Assembly: GCA_003427395.1 (NCBI GenBank)
Contig: BFEA01000033.1
Location: 5,042,324-5,106,323, forward strand
Direction of reading: 5' to 3'
Source: Chara braunii
Lineage: Eukaryota > Plantae > Charophyceae
Length of the DNA: 64,000 bases
Shown here: one piece after another, positions 11,444 to 24,200 of the stretch
How positions within the stretch are numbered: the stretch's first letter is position 1
Layout: every line of letters starts with the position of its first letter
Notes under the pieces: model-generated
Told to the model about the DNA's origin: nothing
Databases searched by the model: none
What the model saw: the letters and a program-made list of their open reading frames with translations, nothing else
Made by a program: the position numbers and the translations under genes

Positions 11444-12080
11444 TATATTCATGCTTCACCCACATGGTGATCCTGCTCTGCTCGTTCTGCCTCTGGGCGA
11501 ATTGCCTGGACAAACTTTGTTGTTTTATCAATTGAATGAACAAGAGTGAACCTGAGATGTGTTTTCAACTCCGGTATTCACAATGTTCTTGGCTTGGTCA
11601 TCACCACCTTCAGTTCTTTCCTGACCTTGGTTCTTTCATCTATGCCCTCACTATAAATAAAATGCCAACGTAGCAGGTCTGAAATCGGTACCATACGCGG
11701 TCCCACCGGGCGATGGCCAGGATAGTCGCACATGTAACAAGTCCGTGATCCACGCTGTTGCGCTCTACCGGGCCTACGGCCCTCACAATACGAAGATTGG
11801 GCATCAAATCGGCCTGCAGGTCCAGTACTACCAGGCCAATGGCCCAGATGAGAATCTTGGCTGGAACCAGTCATCAGCCCCAAGTCCTACTGGACTGGCC
11901 GCCCACAGCCTTTCCCGTTTGTCATTCTTGCTCGTTGTTTTCGGGGGCCGCGCTTGCAATTGCGGGAGTCCTTTTATGCATGCTATTGTACTCGAGTCCT
12001 TGCCAATGAGCACCCTGGTGAAAGTGACCTGCCTCACTCTCTATTTGCTTGTGCTCACACACACACACACACACACACAN

Positions 12081-12146
<66 letters not shown>

Positions 12147-12147
12147 C

Positions 12148-12183
<36 letters not shown>

Positions 12184-13188
12184 TGTTTCTCTCCCTTTTT
12201 ATCTCACACATAGAGAGAGGCAATACCGGGGCAGTAGCAGCAAGCGATTGCATCAGTAGCATGGGCATTAGCTTGGCAGTAGAAGCAGATGAGTGATATG
12301 ACAGAACTGCAACAAGAAGTCGGGCAACCGAGGGCCAACACAGCTCACGATGCCGTCATCGAACCCCGTAAACAAATTTCTGAATACAGAGTGTGGGAGA
12401 AATATGGCACTGAACTGAATAGTTGAGGGTGAGGGTGGGTAGCCCCCCTCCCCTACCCCATGAGCATCTGCTCGTGTGTAGCTCACCATGACATCATCGG
12501 ACCGCATAAACAGCTTAGCTTTCAGCGGGGAAGAAACGTAGTACTACACTGAACAGTGGGAGGGGGGGGGGGGGGGGGGGGGAGCCATACACATGTTGCT
12601 GTGGCCTGGTAATGCTTCAGTCTGCTAGAATTCATGTCAACAGTTACCCTGATTTACACTGAATCATGAAAGCATTACCCTTCTTAGGCCTCACGAGCCT
12701 CCTCCGTCTGCCAGACCATGGTGCAGCCTACGGACTGTGTACTGGCCCCCGTTGTGGTATGTCATTGACAATATATATGAGCCATGGTCGGTTGCAGTAC
12801 TCGTGCCTCCTGCAGTGAGCTGGGCTCCTTTGCCCCCACTGGTGAGTTCATCTTTTCTGGAAATTCCACGAGTAGAGATCAACCACAACATTCAGGAGTG
12901 GAGCATTGCCTTGTTCAATTGCAAATAGACGACTGATATGTGCTAATTGAGCACGGTCACAGTACCTTTGCCTCCCATAGTCAGCGCGGATCCTTTCCCC
13001 GCTACGTTAATTCATCTTCCCAGCTCACCCATAGAGATGGGCTAGGGCATTTATGGTTTGGAACTCTGAATCACCTATAGGGATGGGTCAGGACTTTTAG
13101 GGTTTGGAATGTTATCTTGGTGAATTGGGACAGACTCACTTGCCCCTATGGAGCATGATCGTACTCCTTTTTGCGATTTGTGTGTGGG

Positions 13189-13280
13189 TGACTCGTTTTT
13201 ACAATTTGTGTGTGCCATCCTTGTACAAGGACCATGCTTACTTCTCTGTGTGGTTCCAATTTAATTGGTGTACCAAGGAT
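13189..13280 (-). pseudogene. Old, degenerate U6 snRNA copy
   Basis: GTGCCATCCTTGTACAAGGACCATGCTTACTTCTCTGTGTGGTTCCAATTT aligns colinearly with the reverse complement of U6. Confidence 0.8.
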
Positions 13281-13774
13281 GAGGGGCATAACCAATATCC
13301 TCCTGACTGCAATTTTGTAGAGGATTTTTCTAGGCTCTGTTCTCTGGCTGCTGCTAATGACTGTTCATCCCCATCGCCATAGACTTTCTGTGCTGTCCTA
13401 CTTGGCAATTGCAATGCAACATGATGCTGATCCCAGATTTCCCCTTCCTACTCTCTGGTGAAACGATTCATGTGGCCCTCAGCATCGATGTCCTGCAGGA
13501 TGCGTTCGGGGGCCGTCAGATGAAGCTGCAGCGTGCACATCCTGGTGAGAGCCTTGAGCTCTGACCTGACGGTCTTCTGTCGTTGGTACATGGACCTGGC
13601 CACTGGAGGGTCCTCGTGCTTCCGACCACTCGGGACCGTGTGGTAATCTTGTGGTGGTTCACAGCATGACTCGTGTTCTTGACATGATTTCTGTGCAATG
13701 ATGCAGATGTCCTCCATGAGAAGCGACCATCCACAGACTGTTGAGTGGTGGATCACATGTCCTCCTCCTTACTA

Positions 13775-13964
13775 CCGTCTTCCCCCGAACATAACGCATA
13801 TGCGTTGTATTCAAGTTTAAAAAAAAATCGAATAAAACACATGCATTGTATTCGAATTGCAGTGATGTTCGAATAGAACACATACGTGTTGTATTCAAAT
13901 AGAAAGCAACCTGTGCGAGGTAATTGTTTACAACGCATATGCGTTATGTTCGGGGGAAAGCCAG
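13775..13964. mobile_element. 190-bp MITE, same TIR class
   Basis: TA|CCGTCTTCCCCCGAACATAACGCATATGCGTTGTA ... TACAACGCATATGCGTTATGTTCGGGGGAAAGCCAG|TA. Confidence 0.85.
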
Positions 13965-14157
13965 TAGAGCAGGCAAGTGTGTCGAATGCTCGGTGACCTC
14001 TCCGGCATCATGACATATACAGGAACTCTAGACTAGACCGTGGGATATTGATATCTACATCAGACACGGCAGTGAGGTGTCCTACCAAGAACGCTACTCT
14101 GACTGCATGGTCGCTTGTGTCATGTCGCTCTAGCGTAGTGTAATGCCCCTGTGACAA

Positions 14158-14925
14158 CATGGTTGTCAACCGGACATCTGGATAGGGATCCAGACGGTCC
14201 AGTCTGGATGTCCAGATCCTGTGTCCGGTTTGAGGGGTCCGGTTGGGCCCCATTTTGAGAAAATTCGAAAAAAAAGTTGGGGTCCCCAGGCGATTTTCCA
14301 GTGCCTGGTGGACCCCCAAAATTTGTTGGCGCAGTTTTTGGTGCACTGTTGGGCCAACCGGACCGGCCCTGAGGGGCCTGTGCTTGCAATTTTGCGTGAG
14401 TTTCAGCGGGCCAAGGAGAAGTGTGTGTGTGTGTGTGTGGTGTCATATTCGCTATACACTCAAAAAAAGCATGACTGTGCCACTGTTTCGTCGGACTTTC
14501 ACCGACTCATCAGGATGTTGAACCCCGATAGTCTGCCCAGGATTCATTTGCCTGATGGATAAGGGTTCATGACATCGCCCAGAGTTAGTGACACCCCTGA
14601 GAAAAGTGGTCTGTGTGTGTGTGTGTGTGTGCACGACACGACAGTGTGTGTGTATGTAAGTGTGTTCAAAATAAGTCGGATAATAACAACTACAGCAGTG
14701 TGTCTGTTTGTTTGTTTGTTTGTTTTTGTTTTTGTGTTTGTTTGTTTGTTTGTTTGTGTGTGTGTGTGTGTGTGTGTGTTTAATCCGGACAGCCTGACCT
14801 GTCCATTCATAACCGGACCGTCCGGTTCCGTATGTCCGGTTGTCCGGATCGGTGTCCGGATTAATCCAGACACTGGTCCGGGCCTGGTGTCCGGTGTCTG
14901 GATGTCCGGGTCCGGGGCAACCATG
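14158..14925. mobile_element. TIR element with TCCGGA-rich ends (hAT-like) carrying the HHR3 insert
   Basis: CATGGTTGTC / GGCAACCATG termini and dense subterminal repeats. No TSD seen. A similar right end occurs at ~48848 and a similar left end at ~59976. Confidence 0.6.
14481..14537 (-). ncRNA. Type III hammerhead ribozyme motif HHR3
   Basis: Minus strand reads GGCAGACTATC GGGGTTCAACATC CTGATGA GTCGG TGAAAGT CCGAC GAAAC AGTG: intact core and perfect 5-bp stem II. Lies in a ~170-bp segment bounded by (GT)n on both sides. Confidence 0.85.
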
Positions 14926-15199
14926 ATCATAATGCAGACGTGGGGGGTAACTCCTCGTGATCTCATCTGCTATCTCCTGTCCCTCTCTATGTTGATGGGA
15001 ACTGAAGATCGTAGTATAGAAGTGTGGGGATTGCGATCTCCTCTCCTTCTCTATATTGTGGGGAAACTGAAGATTGTGATACAGAAGTGTGGGTAAGTAA
15101 CACTTTGTGGTCTCGTGTGCTATCTCCTCTCCCTCTCTATGTGGATGGGATAGTGAAGCGTCTAGACTAAAGCAATTCATTGTGGTGTGAGCCTTTGCG

Positions 15200-15660
15200 T
15201 GTTGGAAGTCCTGGCAAGCTGAGTCTGGCAGCCTTACAGGAGACTTCTCAGGTAGCTTGCAGCTGACGAGCAACTACTAGTTATTTGTCTTTTTCAGAAT
15301 GATTCAATTGTCTAATGGGCTGCAAATCCTGGCAAGCTGAGTCTGGCAGCTACACATTAGACTTCCGATGTAGCCTGCAGCTGATGACAGTGATGAGTAA
15401 CTAAAACCTTTTCAGGATTATGTAATGGGTTGCTCCGTCTTCTGAAGTGATGTGTTGGCATTTGTGGTTTTAATGCTATCCGCGATCTGCTGCCCTCATT
15501 GGCAAGGTGAGTCTGGCAGCTACACATCAGACTTCCGATGTAGCCTGCAGCTGATGAGTAACTAAACCTTTTCAGAATTATGTATAATGGGTTGCTCCAT
15601 CTTCTGAAGTGATGTATTGGCATTTGTGGTTTTAATGCTACCTGCGATCTGCGGCGCTCA
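15200..15660. repeat. Tandem duplications immediately upstream of exon B
   Basis: GGCAAG(C/G)TGAGTCTGGCAGC occurs three times, including a ~180-bp unit present twice. Confidence 0.85.
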
Positions 15661-15700
15661 TTTGCAGTGATTGGATTTTGTCATTTATACATTTTGGCAG

Positions 15701-15856
15701 GGTGATAGTGAAGGCAGGATTTTGAACGTGGCTGCGTTTGCTGTGTCTGGATATGCATCAACGGAGGGGCGGACGAACAAGCCGTTCAACCCATTGCTGG
15801 GGGAGACGTATGAAGCAGAAAGACCTGAGCAAGGTCTGCGGTTTTTTGCAGAGAAA
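15701..15856 (+). CDS. OSBP/ORP exon B
   Basis: CAG|...|GTGAGT. Encodes [52 protein letters not shown] ([12 protein letters not shown] motif). 156 nt. Confidence 0.96.
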
Positions 15857-17450
15857 GTGAGTGTTGATAACCAGCACTCACTGTTGTGCTCTGGATGTGA
15901 AGGGAACGTTGTGAATTGAATGCAGCAAATTTGTCAATATAGAATGTAAATATCTACCAAATGAAAGAGTGGACATGAAGGAGACAATGAACAAATTCTG
16001 GTAAGAGGCCCAAACCATAGGCATTTAAACATGATTGGGGATGGTAGGGTCCCATTCTCATCAGGAAAGTTTAGTGAGAGTTGATGGCCTCAAAGGTGTT
16101 CTGTGCATGCAGCATACATGTAGCAGTCCAAAGCTGTAGTAGAGTACGCGCAGGAGTTCACATGCACAGTACACGAAGCAGTTCACAAGTAGAGTAGACG
16201 GAGCAGTTCACATGGAGAGTACACACAGCAGTATGAATATGCATGCGGGTCAACTTTGCCTGCTATCTCCATCAGAAGGACAAAGCTAAACTGATGGTTC
16301 ACGTGTCTGCTAAAGTGAATCAGGTCCGCTGTTGGTCTCCAGGTGATCAATTGTCTGTTGGTGTAGCATCTTCAGACTCACTGTTGTGTCTGTGATCCAC
16401 CGTGCTTGTAGAGGTAGTAGGGAAAAGCCTCTTGTCCAAGTCCCTGTCCTCTGGACGCTTTATGCTTGACACAGAAGGCAGAGGGGGATCGCCAGTCCAG
16501 TAGGAGCGTGAAATCAAGACCATGTGTCCCATGGGGGAGGCTAAAGAGGAGAGATGACACTTAGATCTGGGGGATGGTGAGATAGCTGTGAGGCAGCAAG
16601 GGCGATTCTCTAGCTCTTTTTGACCAAGTCGAATGCATGTGAATTGCGAATGTGTCTGATGTGGAAGTCTTCTTGGAGGATATGGAACAAATGCTATTGT
16701 TTCCCTCTCCCGAGGGTGATGTTAAAACAGCCTTGCTGTCACCTCACCAGTCACTTTTTTTTTCTTTCACTAGACACTTCTTAATCTTGAAGTCAGAAGT
16801 GTGATCTTTACTGGGAAAGTGAAACTAGGCTGCGGCAACACCGTGCGATGCCAATGTTTCCTCAGCTATCACCTGCGGCCTACCTTTTGGGACTGAACTC
16901 CTTGGTCCATCCCTTGGCTGCCTCCCCTAACCAAAACAGTATTGATGCTAATCAGTTAAGCTGTCAAACCACCAGTACATCTGAGGCTAAATGAACGAGC
17001 CTAACTTTGAATTTTGCCGAGCCTGGAAGCGTCGGGTATCACTCGCTCGGAAAATTTGAGTGGTATCAGTAGCGGTCTGCGGGAAACTGAAATGCAGGAC
17101 CTGCTGCCAGAAGATGGAAGGTAAAGGAGGCCGTCATTGTCTCGTTTTCACGCATGTGCCACCTCGGGCCTGGCTGTAATTGCTGTCAGATGCATTCAGG
17201 ACACTGCTAGCCTGCGTATTATGCCCTGCAAAGAAACTGGCTGACTCTGAATTGATTCCTCCCCGCCTCTCACAGCAATGAGGTGGGGAGTGACTCGAGA
17301 AAGAGCATACAGACGCAGGGAGTCTTTCTACTAAGCTCTGGATGTAATTGCCTTCAGGTTCATCCAGGCCTGGCTCTAAGTGCAGTCAGATACATTCGGG
17401 GAAATGCTAGCAGAAATATGCCCTGAAAACCGATGGGCGTACTCACCCTA

Positions 17451-17555
17451 CCGTCTTCACCTGAATAAAATGCCCGGTAATAATGGCCGTATCTGGACTG
17501 GAATTTGCACCACATATGGCTATAATGACCGGGCGCTCTATTCGGGTGAAGACGG
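17451..17555. mobile_element. 105-bp MITE
   Basis: TA|CCGTCTTCACCTGAATAAAATGCCCGGT ... ACCGGGCGCTCTATTCGGGTGAAGACGG|TA. Confidence 0.85.
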
Positions 17556-18997
17556 TAGCACTTTCCTGGATGTATCGACTGCACTTACGGCAAGGCCTGC
17601 ATGAAGCTGAAGGCAATCACGTCCAGAGCTTACTTGAGAAGCAAAACAAAAAAAAGGAAAAGAAAGGAAAACCAGCCGGCTGAGATTTGGACATGATTCC
17701 TCCCCGTCTCTCGTGGCAAGGAGGCAGTAATCCCAACCCTGGGAGTGACTTGAGAAAGAGCAAAAACATCAGATACTTTTTCTACTAAGCTCTGATACTT
17801 TTTCTACTAAGCTCTGGACGTGATTGCCTTCAGGTTCATCCAACCCTGGCTGTAATCCCAATCTGATACATTTACGAATGTACTAGCAGAATCCCACCTT
17901 TGTTTTCTTTTCTTTTTCACTTTTACCCTGCAAGTGAGGCAGGGCGTTCTGCACCTTCTGCATCCGTGCATGTGTTGCATGCGTTTCCACATGTGCACGA
18001 CATGAACCAGCAGGACATCTTGCAGCCTATTTGCCCCTTTTCCTTGGGTGCACTGTCTTGCTTCCCGGTTGCAATGCTGGGCCTAGCCCCTTAATTTTTG
18101 GAGAGTCTCATTCTTGACTCTCAAGTTGGCTTGGGCCATGTACTGGTGGCTCAACTGTTTGCCCGGTCTTGGTGGCGAAAGATGGACGTTGTTGAGGTCC
18201 GATGACTTTTGGCCACAGATGTGAGGAGAAGCATCCCTGCTAGCGTGGGATGGTTCCAATATCCTGCCCTCTGGTGAGGCGGTAGAAGAGGCAGCCATTG
18301 TGGGTGCGCTGCATTTCGTTTTATCTCATATCAATGCCTGCCCTCTGGTGAGGCGGTAGAAGAGGCAGCCATTGTGGGTGCGCTGCATTTCGTTTTCTCT
18401 CTTATCAATGCGATTTACACTTTCCTTGCGTTAGATTGCATCCAATTATCACCTGTTTCTCTCCTGTGCTATATAGCTGTATTTGGGGTATTTTTCAGTC
18501 TAAATACAGCTATAATTACCATACGGCGTACGTTGTATTTGGGGGAAGAAGGTAGTGTCTCTGCCTGTTGGCAGTCTGAATATGTGATGGCCTTCATCGA
18601 CCTTCTTATTGTTCTGCATGTTTGTTTTGAGTGCATGCCACAGCTCGAGTGAAGGGACATGAACTCTTGCAGTATGCTGCACAATGTTTGAATATTCATT
18701 ATTCATGCCCTCCCCATGATGGCTCTTTATCTGCATTGATGACTCGGCTTCCTATTACCTTCCACATAGAGTACATACCACTGCACAAAAAATCCCATCA
18801 TGAAGCAAAAGGAAAAAGTGCGAGTGAGGTATGGCGTATGTCCTGTTCTGTTTTGGCATGTCATTCATCGGTTTATGAAGTGTGGCTCTCGTTCTTTTTG
18901 GTCTCATTGCTTTTGGCATTGGGAATTACGAAGAACACCACCTGTGGTTGGTAGTTAAATATTTCTCATCAGGGTTGGCTGGTTATTTCGGTCCCTA

Positions 18998-19102
18998 CCG
19001 TCTTCACCCGAATAGAACGTCCGGCCATTATCGCTGCATCTGGACTGAAAGTCGCCGGAACTACAGCGATGATGACCAAGCGTTCCATTCGGGTGAATAC
19101 GG
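18998..19102. mobile_element. 105-bp MITE, sister of 17451-17555
   Basis: TA|CCGTCTTCACCCGAATAGAACG ... CGTTCCATTCGGGTGAATACGG. Shares the internal ATCTGGACTG. Confidence 0.8.
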
Positions 19103-19760
19103 CAGTTACATCTATTCAACAAGAGAGCCTTCTGCTCAGCATTCTCTTCCTGTGAGGAAAGACATTATTGGATGGAAAATGCATTGTACTGTCTGCATGT
19201 GATAAGATGATTGTGTTCGCTGGAAGGGTGAGGGCCTAGCAAGCTGTAACTCGTTCTAATACGGGAACCGGCTTGAGCAGGGTGGCATGCCCCTAAAGCA
19301 AATTATGACTTAGAGATGAGTATACACACGATAGACACCTTTGTTTGTATGTAAGTCATAATATACGCTATAGGCATGGTAGAGTTCTGGCCTTCGGCCT
19401 ATAGACAGAAGCAAGGGCGTATTGAACGAACTCAATCATTGGAGTAGATGATAAAGTCCGGTCTGCTAAAACCTTGTTGAAGCTCGCACACCAGGTTGAC
19501 TGACGAGATTTGACTGTCTCTTTCTGATGGATGAGGACATTATGGCTCGGTAGTGATGCGTGGTGAAGTCGTTGGTTGGTTGGTTAACTTGAGCAATGGA
19601 TTGTTTGGTTGATGGCTTGGCGGGTGGGTGTGTGGGTGGGGGGGAAAGGGAGGTGGGCGTGTTTGGCGGGTTGTATGCCGGATTCTTGTTGTGGGGGTGG
19701 TGGTGGTGTTTCTTTTTTTTTTTTCCCCGCCGCTTGGGTGCATGTCCGGGTGGGGCACAG

Positions 19761-19928
19761 GTTAGTCACCATCCAACCATAGTTGCTTGCCATTGTGATG
19801 GGAGAGGATGGAAATTCTGGGGAGATTCGAACCTCAAAAGCAAGTTCTGGGGGCGCTCAATTCAAGTTGATCCCGTGGGAATTCTGACGCTTGCTTTTGA
19901 TGATGGTGAAGTTTTCACTTGGAGCAAG
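19761..19928 (+). CDS. OSBP/ORP exon C
   Basis: CAG|...|GTAG. Encodes [40 protein letters not shown]...TWSK and completes the OSBP fingerprint EK|VSHHP across the B/C junction. 168 nt. Confidence 0.96.
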
Positions 19929-21173
19929 GTAGAACTCTGCACAGCCCCCATTTATTCAAAACGTCCGTTTACAGTTAAGTGCGTGCCTGCGCCGAATGTG
20001 CGCACACACACACTCACTCGTGGTCCTCAACCTGTACCTCTTTTCTCATGCTCGATTCTTTTATTGCTGTCTTTCTTTCTTCCCTTGCTTGCTTTCCCCT
20101 CCAGTCACAATTTATTCATTTTGCCAGACCTTGAATTGATAACGGCCATGTCCTCTGACACGAAAGAGGGGCTGTGGTCCCTACCTGATGCTGAGTTGAC
20201 ATGATGGAGCCTGCTGCTCGCACATGTTTTGTCTCCTTTGGAAACGAACTGTATTCTAGTTTTACTGTTTTTGTTATAGAAAAGTCAAAGAAAACATACA
20301 GAAAATTTGTATTCATCAACTAGAACTCTCTTCTATTCATCAACTAGAACTCTCTGCTAGAGCATATAATTGTTTGAAAAATGAAATGTCCAGAAAAAAT
20401 GGGCAAAAAAAACTGATGTGATGTTCTGTCCATTCTGCAACTTTTGTGAAGTTCCCAAAGGGAAAGAAAGAAGAGGCAGCTGAGCGAAAGAAATGACATT
20501 GTAAAGGCAATTCCATGAATTCTTTGTATTGATGTTGGGTGGCTTCAGCCACAATTCCATGCCTGTTCATCTGTCTGTTCATTCTGTTAGTTGTCCGTAG
20601 GTTCCAGTTCTGCAGATCTTTTTTTCTCTCCTCAGAATGGTCACAGCAAAGTCCCCGAGGTCCGAAGGATGTGCTCGTTGGACTTTGTACTCGTTCATTG
20701 CATGCTAGACTTATGACNNNNNNNNNNNNNNNNNNNNNNNNNNNNNNNNNNNNNNNNNNNNNNNNNNNNNNNNNNNNNNNNNNNNNNNNNNNNNNNNNNN
20801 NNNNNNNNNNNNNNNNNNNNNNNNNNNNNNNNNNNNNNNNNNNNNNNNNNNNAGGAGGTAAAGAACATTGACAGGCTGGGCGGCAGGCCCTCACTCCTGT
20901 CTCTGCTGAGCCTGTGTGGTTGTAGTTGAGGGGCCCTCAATATTTCTTTCTTTCTATCAGTGTTGCCTACCCCGACGGTTGGTGCCCCTTGACTGATCGG
21001 CCGCCAACCGGTCGGCTGGTCGGCACCTACCTGTTGGGGGCCGTCGGCATCCCACAAAAAAAAATTAAAAAATGGGTCCAGAACCCCTAATAACCATACT
21101 TGCGGCGCACTTCTGCGGTGCGCCGTGCGCAAATTGGTGATGCGCTCAATTTTTTATTTTTAGGGATGTGTGT

Positions 21174-21260
<87 letters not shown>

Positions 21261-21262
<2 letters not shown>

Positions 21263-24200
21263 TTACGATCCTGGCCAATTTCGAGGTATACAAACATCAG
21301 AAAGTACAATGCCGTCCAATTGCAAAAAGAAATGAATGAACTTGAGAGGAGAGAGAGAGGGAAAGAAGAAGAAGTAAGAAAGAAGAAGAAGATGATGTAC
21401 TCCAGCATAGACCAATGACAAGGCTCTTGTCCCTCGCCAACCAATCTCCTCCTCCTCATCTCCTCCCCTCTTATTCAAATGAGAAATAACAATAATAATG
21501 TGGAATGGCTGAACCAGAATTAATGTCCGAATCCCACTTCTACTGCAGGCACAACATGAGGTCTGCCATAGCCATGGCCACCCTTCCTCTTCCTCTACAT
21601 ACAGGCCGAGGCTATGGCGGAGTACTGAGGGCTCTCCCTCCTGTCCAAAGGACAACCAGAAGCAGCTATGCCGCTGCCCTTCTGTCCCCAGGTCAACTCC
21701 ATGCAGCTATGCCGCTGCCCACTCAACCGCCATGCCTGACTCTGTCCCGAGCTTCCTTGATGCGGCACTACCCCCACTGGGGCCTTCCGGATGCAGCGCC
21801 TAACAAGGTGATGAAGATGGTGTCTACCATAGCCAGGTAAGTACCCCACCACTCTCCTCCTTGGTCCCCTTCTCCCGCCTCCTCCTAACGGTAGAGCTCC
21901 ACCATAGCCAAGGTGGAAGCTCCAGGCTTCTTCCTCCCAGCAGTGCTGTAGTCCCAGCGCTACAGCCAGCGCTCCAGCAGCGTGTCGCCAAACTTGCACA
22001 CTGAAGAATGAGGCCGAGCTCTTGCCTCGGCCTCTTGATGTAGCGGCCTGCTTGCCTCCTGGCCGGTGACTTCCAGGCCGCTCGGCCTCCCAAGCAACCG
22101 GTACCTCCTCCCTTTTCGGAGGGACACATTTTGCAGACTCTGATATTGTCCGTACAGGCTCTAGACTCAGACTGGATGGACTGGTACCGGCCTAGACCTA
22201 GCCTACCGCTACTGGGCCTCTAAAAATGCCAACTTTGTCTCTTCTTCTGCTTGGCCTCGAGTACCCGGCGCATCTACTGCTACTGGGTGCGATACCGGCC
22301 TACCTGCCACTTGACTGTTTTTCCGCTACTCTCATTTTCGATTCTTCTAGAAAAGGTTGAATTGAAATACATTTATTAGTTTTACAATCAGTTTTCCGCA
22401 CTACTATATGTTGAGCAACGTCTACTAATCTTCTTGCAAGGTATCCTGAATCCGATGTTCTTATTGCAGTATCTGCAACACCTTTTCTTGCACCATAACA
22501 AGATATAATATATTCTGCTAAAGAAAGTCCCTCTCTAAAGAATAGGTAAATCAATAACTCGATGCCACGACCACAGGTAAATACCGGCCCTACGGGCCTG
22601 CCAAACAAGCAAGTACCCTTGCGGGTCACACACACACCCATGCCAACAAGCACTCAGACAGGCACGCAAGTCCACAGGCACGCACACATACACACTTAGA
22701 GAACACAGCAGAATGTGGGAAACTTGGCAAGGCATCCATTCCATCGGCAGAACTTCAGAAATCAGCACTGTTCTCAGTCTGTGTTATGGCGGGTCATTAC
22801 ACTAACCCCTCCTCAAGAGCGAGGTCCCTTCGAGCAAGTAACTTAATCAGAGTCCTTGCATAATGCATCATAAGCATAAATAGCAAAGAGAGATAGGGTA
22901 TGTTCCGTAGGAGTGAGGGTGGCAGTGAATTTAGGCTGCTGTTCGGAACTAATCAATCGTTCGTATGCGTTGACGACTCGCAGGGCACTCTGCAGCAAAT
23001 CTTTCTTAGCAATCGAGTAAAAGTCATTCAATGGATGATATAGGAAGTGGACTTTGTATTGTTTGTTTCTCCCCTTCCCACTGTGCTCGACAATTCTGTC
23101 AATCTCGCGACTGCCCTTGATTGCACGAGGAATCATTGATTCTCGATATGGAAAAGTTTCGGGTGGTTGATACGGAAACAACTTCGATGCATGAAAGACT
23201 GGGTACGCGCGTAGATGAGGAGGCACGTCGATTGTGTAAGAAGAACCAAATGAATCATTCCCTACTCGGTTCACCACCTTCCACGGACCTTAGTACTGAG
23301 GAAGAAGCTTCCGTGATACACTCAGACATCTTTACCCAAACATAACTTCCCACTGTGAAAGGGTCAGGCTGGCGCTTTTTGTTTGCATGCTTAATCATGG
23401 CACTGCGTCGCCTTTCCATGGCTGCGACAACAACTTTGAGCAAACGATCAAACTTAGCGCTGTAGCCTGGCTGGCCAGGTGTCAGGCCAGGTGGCTGTTC
23501 AGGAAGCAGATAGGATAGAGGATTGCGAATTTTCCACCCCAGGTGCAGCCGGTTAGGTGTCATCCCGGTGGAGTGTATGGAGTTGTTGTACAACCCCTGC
23601 ACAATCGGCAACTCCTCATCCTAAGAGTTCTGATCAGGCACAATTAGAGCTCGGAGAAGGTGGATCACAGTCTGGTTGATCTCCTCGGCCAACCCATTGG
23701 CTTCGGGATGTCGACCAGATGTCATCGTGAGTTTGATGTCATAGATCTGGGAGGTGAAGTCCTTCCAATCTGCACTTATGAACCTAGTGTCCCGGTCACT
23801 CACGAGAGTTTTCGGGGGCTCATACTGCAAAATGTACTTCTTATGAAACTCTTTGATCACAAGGTCAGTTGGGGCGTGAGGTGGCAATGGAATCAGATTC
23901 AGAAATTTTGAAAAGTGGTCAACGATCACCATTACTTGCGAATATCCATTCCTACTCTTCTTCCCCATGTCCGTGAAGTCGATGGAAAGAGACTCACCCG
24001 GGCCATCAGGAATAGGAAGAGGATGCAACAACCCATAGGGCTTTTGCCGAGACGGTTTGATGCGTTGTGCCATTCCTTTCATTCCAGGCCATACAAATTT
24101 TTGCAGCAGACTTCCGTATGTTTTCTAAAAGTCGAAGTGTCCACTCCAACCATGAGCCAAGTCCAAGAAGTGAGTAAGGATCGACTCATGGTTGGGTACA

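Noticed and set aside
9900-13740. Possible LINE or gag remnants (CYMCDYPGH etc.)
   Set aside because: Too decayed to assign a family or boundaries by eye.
9340-18410. Short local tandem duplications (about 9340-9470, 10690-10830, 17250-17890 and 18265-18410)
   Set aside because: Ordinary slippage or repair duplications with no further structure.
22300-22653. Functional rpoC2 gene or bacterial contamination
   Set aside because: Only about 75 codons, frameshifted, and embedded in LTR sequence.
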